A DNA stretch of 64,000 nucleotides from Macrostomum lignano (taxonomy: Eukaryota): positions 124,001-188,000 of the forward strand of contig NIVC01000020.1 in assembly GCA_002269645.1 (NCBI GenBank), given 5' to 3'. Below are positions 32,933 to 43,844 of the stretch, piece after piece. Below the pieces are notes generated by a model. The model was not told the origin of the DNA. It was given only the letters and a program-made list of their open reading frames with translations, and searched no databases. Numbering within the stretch: position 1 is the stretch's first letter; each line of letters opens with the position of its first letter. The position numbers and the translations under genes are program-made.

Positions 32933-34577
32933 ATGCCGTTTCCGCAGCGAGTGGTGCAGCCGGTGGCCGTGACCCAAACCAGCGACCCGCTGCCCAAGTC
33001 GCCGGACCTCACATTCACCAACAATGTGACACTGGGCAACCTGCTCAGCCAGATGAGCTGCATCAGCGCCCAGGCCAGCGGCATCTTCAGCGGCCTGGCC
33101 AGCGAAATGCAACAGCTGGTGGGGCGAACCCGAAAGCTAGCGAGCAAAGCGGAGCGCCTCGGCTCCCGGGTGGAGCGGCTGGTGCGGGACCAGGACCCGC
33201 CCCCCATCGACCGGCCGGAGACCTTCGCCTCCCGCCAGGCCACCGAGCAGGGCCTGCTGACGCCCAGCGCCCAACCAGACTCCGTGCGCAGCCTGCGGGC
33301 CGCCGCCGAGCCCGCGCCCGCGCTAGACGGCCTGGACCAACTGCGCGATGACGACCGCAAAGGCATGAGCCTGTACTCAGACCCCGAGTTCTTCTTCCGG
33401 CTGTGGGCGCAGCAGATGCTGGACCAGGCGGCCAAGGTGGCCAAGCAGCGGCCGGAGGGGGCGGGCGCCGCTGGCCGGGGCGGCAAACGGCAGAACCGGA
33501 AGAAGCGCAAGAAGCCGCGCCAAGTGGCGAAGCCGAACTACGAGCATGAAGCACGGCGTGGAGTTCGCGCCCGTCCAAAGCTCGCAGCCGGCCATCGAGG
33601 CGCCGGAGCCGACCAGCGAGGACGAGTACCTGGACCTCGTCACCAAGGACGCCCCCAGCAGGGCCGCGGCTGCTCCGACCGTCTCCGTGCCGGTGACTCA
33701 GCCTCGGCACTGGGAGGAGGCTGAGGCGGTGGAGGAGGAAGAAGGCGAGTACCTGGACCTGCTGGGCCAGGGGACCGCCACTCTGCCGCCTCCGCCGCCG
33801 CCGCCGCTAATGGCGGAGGTTTCGGACGGGGGACTGCGCGGCAGTCCGTCGCCACTACCACCGCCACCGCCGCCGCCGCCGCCAGCGCCGCCAGCGCCGC
33901 CGGCGCCGTTGCAGTCAGGAGGACTTGGCGATGAGTGTCTGCCGCCTCCGTCGCCTCCGCCGCCGCCACCGCCACCGGCGCCGCAGCCGCTAATTTCAGC
34001 AGCTGGTGATGGCAATGGAATGCCGCCGCCTCCACCGCCGCCACCTCCGCCGTCGCCGCCGCCTCCTCCGGTGCCGCGAACACCAGGACCGAGAGCGGCT
34101 GCCGCGACCTCGCCGCAATCACCGCCGTCGCCTCCAGCGCAGCAGGCGACGCCGAGAGCTCCGACAATGACCGGAGCGCCCCCGCCGCCGCCACCGCCGC
34201 CTCCACCACCGCCTCCACCACCGCCACCTCCATCTGGCGCGGCTGGCGCTGCGGGGCCGCCTTCAGGGAGCGGCGGAGCGCCGACAGCCGCCTCGCTGAC
34301 CTCGGCGCGGCTCAAGCCGGTGAGCAAGGAGCAGCAGCAGAGGCAGCCGGAGGCCGGGTCCACCAGCGGCCTGCTGGAGCAGATCCGCCAGGGCATCCAA
34401 CTGAAGAAGGCGGCCGTCCAGACCGGCAAGACGGCCGCAAAGAATAAAATTTCTTCGGGCGCCTGCGACGTCCAGGCCATCTTCGACGCCATCACCAGCA
34501 TCCGGCCGCACATGGTCAAGGCGGACTCCGACGAGTCGGAGGACAGCGACTCGCCCGGCGCCTGGGACTCGGACTGA
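32933..34577 (+). CDS. WASF: WAVE/SCAR family actin nucleation factor, intronless, frameshift near 33545
   Basis: WHD: MPFPQRVVQPV...TNNVTLGNLLSQMS..SAQASGIFSGL...YSDPEFFFRLWAQQM, followed by a basic region. A second frame carries KHGVEFAP, polyproline, WH2 (GLLEQIRQGIQLKK), the C region and an acidic tail ending in WDSD. Confidence 0.85.
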
Positions 34578-34734
34578 GCGGCTGAGCTGCGGCCGGGACT
34601 CTCCAGTGTTCTGGACTGGCAAATGTTTGTTATTGACACGGCAGTAACTGGCCTGCCGATCACTAGGGGTGGAGATAAAGTACATCTCGCCATTTGATTA
34701 CATACCTAAGCCTCGCTTACGCTATATACAGCTC

Positions 34735-35000
34735 CCATGGCTCCCCCTATGCTCCTCATGGCGCCCCCTATGCTCACCATGGCGCCCCCTATGCTCCTCA
34801 TGGCGCCCCCCATGCTCCTCATGGCGCCCCCTGAGAGTGTGCCCCCTATGCTCCTCATGGCGCCCCCTATGCTCCTCATGGCGCCCCCTATGCTCACCAT
34901 GGCGCCCCCTGAGAGTGTGCCCCCTATGCTCACCATGGCGCCCCCTATGCTCACCATGGCGCCCCTTGAGACTGCGCCCCCAATGCTCTTCATGGCGCCT
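34735..35000 (+). repeat. 21 bp minisatellite (ATGGCGCCCCCTATGCTCCTC)
   Basis: Tandem repetition downstream of WAVE. Confidence 0.92.
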
Positions 35001-35479
35001 CTGAGAAACTTACGGCGCCCCTGATATCTAAATTTCATCCTCTACACTGTTTTTGCTGCTTTTGGCTGCTGCTTTAACCAAGCAAACTCAATGAAACTCC
35101 CGAGCTCAGCCTGGGCCGGCCAAATGAATTTAGAGCCAGTCAATATAAGTATATTAAATATAGCCTAGGCAGTCACTGATAAATTGATTCATAATAAAAG
35201 TTTTCCCTATAGATCGGATATTCAATCCTATTTATTTTATCAAATATACAGGAAGATTTCATATCCGATTGTCACAGATTTCAATAAAAAAGTTTTCGAT
35301 TTGAAGATTTGCACTAAAAGCGTTTCTGATTTTCAAAAAATGGCGTCTTCAATTATTTTTATTTAAAAATAACTGACACTGTGTGAGACAGTCTTGCACT
35401 TTGATGATACCTGATAGCCCTCCTGTGATGACACCTGATAGTACCTCTGTGATAATACCCCATGATAGTTATTATGTGA

Positions 35480-35825
35480 GGCACCATGATACCCCATTAG
35501 GTATTCTGTGAGGCACCATGATACCCCATTAGGTATTCTGTGAGGCACCATGATACCCCATTAGGTATTCTGTGAGGCACCATGATACCCCATTAGGTAT
35601 TCTGTGAGGCACCATGATACCCCATTAGGTATTCTGTGAGGCACCATGAACCCCATTAGGTATTCGGTGAGGCCCATTAGGTATTCGGTGAGGCACCATG
35701 AACTCCATTAGGTATTCTGTGAGGCCCATTAGGTATTCGGTGAGGCACCATGAACTCCATTAGGTATTCTGTGAGGCCCATTAGGTATTCTGTGAGGCCC
35801 ATTAGGTATTCGGTGAGGCACCATG
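35480..35825 (+). repeat. 32 bp minisatellite (GTGAGGCACCATGATACCCCATTAGGTATTCT) with 21 bp deletion variants
   Basis: Tandem repetition. Confidence 0.92.
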
Positions 35826-36705
35826 AGACTCGTCCCATTGGTCATGTGAAGCGCCATGGCCTCACGCATAGAGCGGGTCTCAGCTTCATCTTGCAGACGA
35901 CAGCCTCCAAGTCACAAAGCGGACCGTCATTTCGTCACGAACCCAAACCAGCTGCCGGTTTAGCATCAGCACAGGCCCAGCATGCCAGCAAACTGAGCTT
36001 CTGATGAAGCAGGAAGGGATTAGCAAGCAGAGGCCGCCCTGCCGGATAGGCGGGCGTGCGGGCTGGAATCGATGAGATGCGAAGTCACGCTCGGGACGGG
36101 TTATCGAATAGCGCCAGAAAATGCCCGCCCAGTGTAGGCGGGGCCACGCAAGCACTGATGAAGCGCGGCGGGACATCGGCGTCAAAAAACAAAAACAGCT
36201 CCCGATGCCAAAAATAGCGGCAGCCGAAGATTTCACTGCCAGACGCATGCGAGTCTCAGCCGAGAATCTTCTATTGATTTCGGGGCCGGCCCCGCCTGCA
36301 GCTGCAGCTCGAGTCGGAGATTTAGCAGCTGGCTGGGATCGGGAATTAGCGAGGTCTGGGCGGCTCGGAGCCTCGGCAGCCCCCCCCCCCAAGCAAGGCT
36401 GCTCAGGAAACAAGCCGGCGCCTCGAAGTTCCGGCGACTGCAAGGGGCTTCCGCTGGCCGCGAAGGTTGAAATGAGAAACTCGCTCGGCGATGCCGGGGA
36501 AAAATTCCTGCGAGCTCTGCCGGCTTCCCCCGCACACCTGCGCAGCTCTGCCTGCCTGCTCTCTGGACAAGTAAGAGTGCAGTTCTGCAGAAATTTAGGA
36601 GCAGACTTGTTGCAGAAAATTGCCACTGCATTTGTGCCCTCTTCGACAAGACATAAGAGGAAAATTCACTCACCGTTTTTGCTTGAGGCTGGTTTTCACT
36701 GCAAA

Positions 36706-37207
36706 ATGAGTTTGGCCACAGGTGAGTCGTCACGTGTTTTGCATGAGTTTGGCCACAGGTGAGTCACGTGTTTCTCATGAGTTTGGCCACAGGTGAGTCA
36801 CGTGTTTCTCATGAGTTTGGCCTCAGGTGAGTCACGTGTTTCTCATGAGTCTGGCCACAGGTGAGTCGTCACGTGTTTTGCATGAGTTTGGCCACAGGTG
36901 AGTCACGTGTTTCTCATGAGTTTGGCCACAGGTGAGTCACGTGTTTCTCATGAGTTTGGCCTCAGGTGAGTCACGTGTTTCTCATGAGTCTGGCCACAGG
37001 TGAGTCGTCACGTGTTTTGCATGAGTTTGGCCACAGGTGAGTCACGTGTTTCTCATGAGTTTGGCCACAGGTGAGTCACGTGTTTCTCATGAGTCTGGTC
37101 TCGGGTGAGTCACGTGTTTCTCATGAGTTTGGCCGCAGGTGAGTCGCATGTTTTGCATGAGTTTGGCCGCAGGTGAGTCACGTGTTTCTCATGAGTTTGG
37201 CCTCAGG
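36706..37207 (+). repeat. 34/37 bp minisatellite with 139 bp higher-order period
   Basis: Unit CATGAGTTTGGCCACAGGTGAGTCACGTGTTTCT. The GTCGTC variant recurs at 36726, 36865 and 37004. Confidence 0.93.
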
Positions 37208-38033
37208 TAAAGAAGGCAAGGCAGATATTACATGCATTTTCTGTTTAGCGTTAAAAACGATAAACTTGTCATCTCGCAAATGCATTTTAGGAGTGCAGCG
37301 ATCCTTCTGCTTGAACTGCCCGTTGGTCGAGCTGAGAACATTAATAAAGCACTGGGAGTCCGAGTGTCCAAGTGCGGCAGCCCCCGAGTGCGAGCTCGGG
37401 GTCTGCAAGTGTCCGGGGCAGCTGCTGGATCAGAAAATTCCCCCGCCAGGACGTGTCAAACAGGGGGCGGCCGCTCTGACAGCCGGGCCGCAAGTGTTTG
37501 CCGAACAGAGGGGAGGCGCCAGCGGAATTGAATCAGACTCACCAGCGCTGAGCTGCTCGGGCATGGCCTGGCCGGGTCCCCGTGTCGCCTTGCTCTGCCG
37601 CGGTGCCGCCGTCCTGCCCCCTGGGGAGCGGCCTGTTTTCCCCGAGTTGGACAGCGGGAGCGGGGAGGGCATGTGGCAGCTGATTTGCCGGCTTCCACAG
37701 GCGAATCCCCACAGAGCTGCGCGAAAGGGCAGAATTTGATGGGAACACAGAGAGGAGAAACGGAGGGGCCGAGCGCCTGTTTCCAAGGCAGGCAGCGAAA
37801 GGCAGAAGTGGAAGCGTGAATGGCTTTGCACTTTTAAGTTACTCGCATTCCGGGCTGCGATTTCGGAATGCGGGGAGGGGGCTCGTTTTGACAGGTCTTC
37901 TGTCTGCTGCAGAAATTATTGCCCCTGCCAACACGCCTTGCCTGATAGCCTCTTTGCTTTTGATTTGCTCTGCTCCAGGGACTGAGCTCAATTTCAGACC
38001 AAATTTCTACTGGCCTGCTGCCAACTGCTGTAT

Positions 38034-38036
38034 GAC

Positions 38037-38077
<41 letters not shown>

Positions 38078-38082
38078 GCCTA

Positions 38083-38113
<31 letters not shown>

Positions 38114-38118
38114 GCCTA

Positions 38119-38165
<47 letters not shown>

Positions 38166-38319
38166 GCCTATCTGTCTGTCTGTCTGTCTGTCTGCCTATC
38201 TGTCTGTCTGTCTGCCTATCTGTCTGTCTGTCTGTCTTAGTGTCTGTCTGTCTGTCTTTCTTAGTGTCTGTCTGTCTGTCTGTCTGTCTGCCTGTCTGCC
38301 TGTCTGTCTGTCTGTCTGC

Positions 38320-38365
<46 letters not shown>
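38034..38365 (+). repeat. (TGTC)n microsatellite
   Basis: Directly visible. Confidence 0.97.
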
Positions 38366-39054
38366 TAATGTCATAGTGTCTCTCCAGCTTAGTGCCCTAG
38401 TGTCTTTGCACTTGTCTTAGTGTCCTACGGGTAGTGTCTGTCTGTCTGTCTCTCTTGGTGTCCTGGTATGTCTGTCCCAGTGTTTGCCTGTCAAGTAACA
38501 GCAAAAATGAATGGTGACAAAACTCACAATAATTTGTCAATTAGCAATAACTTCTCCAGTTAAACATGACTTGTAGGCAGCCCCAACGCCACAACGCACA
38601 CTTATATAATTGAACCCGGACTCGCTGAGAGCCCACATAACAGCGCAATCCTGGCAAAAACGCATTGAAAGCATTGCAAACAAAGCAAAGTTCGTGGCTG
38701 AGGATGAAGCAACGCGGAACACAACAGGCGGAGGGCGGCAGCGGGTAGCTGGCAGAACCGCTCGCCAGCAGCGACTGAGGAGCCAGAACGGGCAGCATTA
38801 AACATACGGATTACACAGCACAGTACGCAATTGAATCACAGCGGTCATCCAGTTAAAAACTGATCTCAATAAACCTGCATTCTGGAAAGCATCAAAAAAG
38901 TTTTTACCCAAGCCCAGCGCACCTGAGCGCGGTCTGATTACAATTGCAATGTCTGAGGCAGAAATTGCAATGCGGACTCCATCCAAAACTCAAATCTGCT
39001 TCTTCTGGACAGCAGGTGCTCCGATCCCGAAAAGTGAGCAGCCGAGCCGCATCA

Positions 39055-41562
39055 TCAGGCGGCCTCGCCCAGCTGCACCAGGCGGTTGGAGTTCTCCACC
39101 AGTTCCTGCAGGCTGACTTTGCCCCGCTGCCTGATGAAGGCGGCCACGGCCTCGTACTCCGCGCGGGTGATGTGCACAAACTTGCCGCGGTCGTCCAGCA
39201 CGCCGGTGAGCCGCCCGGACTCCAGCAGGTCGCGCAGCCGCTGTGCGCAGTCGTCGGCACGCAGGCCGAATTCGTCAGCGAGCTCCTCCAGCTGCACCGA
39301 CTTGCGCTGCTCGATCAGCGCCACGAACTCCGCCAGGGACCGCCCGGTCTCGTCTCCGTCCGCCTCGGCGCCCTCCTCCTCCACTGTGAACTCCGACCTG
39401 CGGGCAGCGGTCAAGTTGTCAGTCAGTCAGCCAGTCAGTCACTCACTCACTCAAGTCAGTCAGTCAGTCAGTCAGTCAGCCAGTCAGTCACTCACTCAAG
39501 TCAGTCAGTCAGTCAGTCAGTCAGTCAGTCAGTCAGTCAGTCAGTCAGCCAGCCAGTCAGTCAGTCAGTCAGTCAGTCAGTCAGTCAGTCAGTCAGTCAG
39601 TCAGTCAGTCAGTCAGTCAGTCAGTCAGTCAGTCAGTCAGTCAGTCAGTCAGTCAGTCAGTCAGTCAGTCAGTCAGTCAGTCAGTCAGTCAGTCAGTCAG
39701 TCAGTCAGTCAGTCAGTCAGTCAGTCAGTCAGTCAGTCAGTCAGTCAGTCAGTCAGTCAGTCAGTCAGTCAGTCAGTCAGTCAGTCAGTCAGTCAGTCAG
39801 TCAGTCAGTCAGTCAGTCAGTCAGCCAGTCAGTCAGTCAGTCAGTCAGTCAGTCAGTCAGTCAGTCAGTCAGTCAGTCAGGCAGTCACTCAAGTCAGTCA
39901 GTCAGTCAGTCAGTCAGTCAGGCAGTCAGGCAGCCCCAGCCTACCGCAGTCTGGCGTATTCCTCCTCCTCTCTGCGACGCGCCTCCTCGCGCTCGGCGGC
40001 CTCGCGAGCCTCGGCGTCCGCCTCCTCGGCGGCTTCGTCTGCCTGCCGTTTCTGGCGCTCCTCGTCCTCGCGTTGGCGCCGCTCCAGGCGCTCCTTCTGC
40101 TCGCGCTCGCGCTCCTCCCGGCGAGCCTCCTTTTCGTCCAGCTTGCGCTGCTTCTTCACGCCCACCTTCTTGCCTGCGGGCACGGGCGGTGGGTCGGAGC
40201 GGTAAAACTGAGGGTGAGCTGCGCCATCCTCGAAATTGCCAGTCAATCAGGATGCCAAAAGTGCGTCAGAAACAGTCAGTCATGATGTCAGGTGTCAGGA
40301 ACAGCCAGTCATGATGTCAGGTGTCAGGAACAGTCAGTAATGATGTCAGAGGTGTCAGGAACAGTCAGTCATGATGTCAGGTGTCAGGAACAGCCAGTCA
40401 TGATGTCAGGTGTCAGGAACAGTCAGTAATGATGTCAGAGGTGTCAGGAACAGTCAGTCATGATGTCAGGTGTCAGGAACAGTCAGTCATGATGTCAGGT
40501 GTCAGGAACAGTCAGTAATGATGTCAGAGGTGTCAGGAACAGTCAGTCATGATGTCAGGTGTCAGGAACAGCCAGTAATGATGTCAGGTGTCAGGAACAG
40601 CCAGTCATGATGTCAGGTGTCAGGAACAGCCAGTCATGATGTCAAATGTCAGGAACAGCCAGTCATGATGTCAGGTGTCAGGAACAGTCAGTCATGATGT
40701 CAGGTGTCAGGAACAGCCAGTCATGATGTCAGGCGTCAGGAACAGCCAGTCATGATGTCAGGTGTCAGGAACAGTCAGTCATGATGTCAGGTGTCAGGAA
40801 CAGCCAGTCATGATGTCAGGTGTCAGGAACAGTCAGTCATGATGTCAGATGTCAGGAACAGTCAGTCATGATGTCAGATGTCAGGAACAGTCGGTCATGA
40901 TGTCAGATGTCAGGAACAGTCAGTAATGATGTCAGGGGTGTCAGGAACAGTCAGTCATGATGTCAGATGTCAGGAACAGTCGGTCATGATGTCAGATGTC
41001 AGGAACAGTCAGTAATGATGTCAGGGGTGTCAGGAACAGTCAGTCATGATGTCAGGGATGTCGGGAAAAGTCAGTCATGTCAGGTGTCAGGAACAGCTTA
41101 TCAGGGTGTCAAGTGTGTCAGGAACAGGCAATAAGGGTGTCAAGTGTGTCAGGAATAGGCAATAAGGGTGTCAAGTGTGTCAGGAACAGGCAATCAGGTT
41201 ATCAAAAGCAGCGCTGGCTCACCGCTCTGAGCCTTGGCCGCATCGCTGTCGGAGTCCGAGTCGGTGCCGGCGGCGGCTGCAGCCCTGGCCTCGGCTGGTG
41301 CGGCAGGCGCGGGCTCGGCGGCGGCGCCCTGGCGCATGCGGTCAGCAGCGGAGCGGCGCCCGGGCACCTGACGGCGCCTGACCTGCTGGCCGTCGGCCGC
41401 TGGCCGGGGCCGCGGCTGCCGCCGACCGCCAACACCGCCGAGCGTCGCGACGTCGTCATCATCACCGCGGCGGAGACGCTTGCGCAGAAGCAGGAAGGCG
41501 GCCGCGGCCAGGGACACGAAGAACATGCCGGTCAGGAAGGTGTTCACGTATTCCAGACCCAT
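39055..41562 (-). CDS. DDRGK1: DDRGK domain-containing protein 1 (UFBP1, UFMylation adaptor), 3 exons, about 318 aa
   Basis: Exons 41562-41223 (N-terminal TM), about 40218-39945 (KVGVKKQRKLDEKEARREERE coiled coil) and 39397-39055 (FTVEEEG...LEELADEFGLR...GRLTGVLDDRGKFVHIT). Phases are consistent. Confidence 0.93.
39419..39932 (+). repeat. (AGTC)n microsatellite filling DDRGK1 intron 2
   Basis: About 125 tetramers. Confidence 0.97.
40262..41200 (+). repeat. About 29-31 bp minisatellite filling DDRGK1 intron 1
   Basis: AGTCAGTCATGATGTCAGGTGTCAGGAAC repeated. Confidence 0.95.
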
Positions 41563-41624
41563 GGCGGGGCTGCGGGATTGACGGGTGGGTTTTGAGTAAC
41601 CCGAGTCTGATATGAGCAGGTATG

Positions 41625-43313
41625 CACTGACAGCTCAGACTGCACTATGCCAGACACTGACAGCTCAGACTGCACTATGCCAGACACTGACAGCTCAGAC
41701 TGCACTATGCCAGACACTGACAGCTCAGACTGCACTATGCCAGACACTGACAGCTCAGACTGCACTATGACAGACACTGACAGCTCAGACTGCACTATGC
41801 CAGACACTGACAGCTCAGACTGCACTATGCCAGACACTGACAGCTCAGACTGCACTATGCCAGACACTGACAGCTCAGACTGCACTATGCCAGACACTGA
41901 CAGCTCAGACTGCACTATGCCAGACACTGACAGCTCAGACTGCACTATGCCAGACACTGACAGCTCAGACTGCACTATGACAGACACTGACAGCTCAGAC
42001 TGCACTATGACAGACACTGACAGCTCAGACTGCACTATGCCAGACACTGACAGCTCAGACTGCACTATGACAGACACTGACAGCTCAGACTGCACTATGA
42101 CAGACACTGACAGCTCAGACTGCACTATGCCAGACACTGACAGCTCAGACTGCACTATGCCAGACACTGACAGCTCAGACTGCACTATGCCAGACACTGA
42201 CTGCTCAGCCTGCACTATGCCAGACACTGACAGCTCAGACTGCACTATGCCAGACACTGACTGCTCAGACTGCACTATGCCAGACACTGACTGCTCAGCC
42301 TGCATTATGCCAGACACTGACAGCTCAGACTGCACTATGCCAGACACTGACAGCTCAGACTGCACTATGCCAGACACTGACAGCTCAGCCTGCACTATGC
42401 CAGACACTGACAGCTCAGACTGCACTATGCCAGACACTGACAGCTCAGACTGCACTATGCCAGACACTGACAGCTCAGACTGCACTATGCCAGACACTGA
42501 CAGCTCAGACTGCACTATGACAGACACTGACAGCTCAGACTGCACTATGCCAGACACTGACAGCTCAGACTGCACTATGACAGACACTGACAGCTCAGAC
42601 TGCACTATGACAGACACTGACAGCTCAGACTGCACTATGCCAGACACTGACAGCTCAGCCTGCACTATGCCAGACACTGACAGCTCAGACTGCACTATGC
42701 CAGACACTGACAGCTCAGACTGCACTATGCCAGACACTGACTGCTCAGACTGCACTATGACAGACACTGACAGCTCAGACTGCACTATGACAGACACTGA
42801 CAGCTCAGACTGCACTATGCCAGACACTGACAGCTCAGACTGCACTATGCCAGACACTGACAGCTCAGACTGCACTATGCCAGACACTGACTGCTCAGCC
42901 TGCACTATGCCAGACACTGACAGCTCAGACTGCACTATGCCAGACACTGACTGCTCAGACTGCACTATGCCAGACACTGACTGCTCAGCCTGCATTATGC
43001 CAGACACTGACAGCTCAGACTGCACTATGCCAGACACTGACAGCTCAGACTGCACTATGCCAGACACTGACAGCTCAGCCTGCACTATGCCAGACACTGA
43101 CAGCTCAGACTGCACTATGCCAGACACTGACAGCTCAGACTGCACTATGCCAGACACTGACAGCTCAGACTGCACTATGCCAGACACTGACAGCTCAGAC
43201 TGCACTATGCCAGACACTCACAGCTCAGACTGCACTATGCCAGACACTGACAGCTCAGACTGCACTATGCCAGACACTGACAGCTCAGACTGCACTATGA
43301 CAGACACTGACAG
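41625..43313 (+). repeat. 30 bp x about 56 satellite with 690 bp higher-order duplication
   Basis: TGCACTATGCCAGACACTGACAGCTCAGAC. The rare TGCATT variant occurs at 42301 and 42991. Confidence 0.97.
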
Positions 43314-43844
43314 CCCATAGCAGACATCGAAGGAGGACACAGTAGACCCTTGAAGTCCACTAGCAAACAGGTTAAGAGCCACTACTGAACATAATACTCA
43401 TAAGAGTAGTATAAATGAGCAGCAAAGACACAGCCGAAAATTGTCAGGCGCATGCAGATATATTTATTATACTTTAGATAAAAACTAGCCGAACAAGCCT
43501 CGGGGCTATAAGAAAATGCAGCTGGGAGGGCGAGAGCGAAGCGCTCTGAAAATGCAGCAAGGAACACTTCAGCCGCAACTATTTGGCCAATTTTGAATAA
43601 CGCAACTCAAATCATATGGAGACTTTGACGAGAAAAAGACCAGGAGCGACCATCAGGTGCTTTAAACGACTTTAGCGCGGGTCAGCTGATCCTGGGCTTG
43701 GAATCCTTCAGGGCCGCAGACTCCACAACAGGGCCAGCAGAATGGCTGTATTAGACATAAGGCAACGGGATAAAAAGTGAACTAAAAATAACTGCAGTAA
43801 CTGAACCGGACAGCCGCAACCGATTGCCGCAAACACCAGCAGAG

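Noticed and set aside
35850-38800. A gene between WAVE and DDRGK1 (GC-rich patches; Cys-rich frame at 37290-37430)
   Set aside because: No consistent exon chain or known motif on either strand; unresolved without RNA data.
41544-43320. Two 557-aa ORFs (SGIVQSELSV / MPDTDSSDCT repeats) as real proteins
   Set aside because: They are a by-product of a stop-free 30 bp unit. The same applies to the repeat ORFs at 1.8-2.5, 25.9-26.9, 27.9-28.5, 30.0-31.0, 39.4-39.9, 51.5-51.9 and 53.2-53.7 kb.
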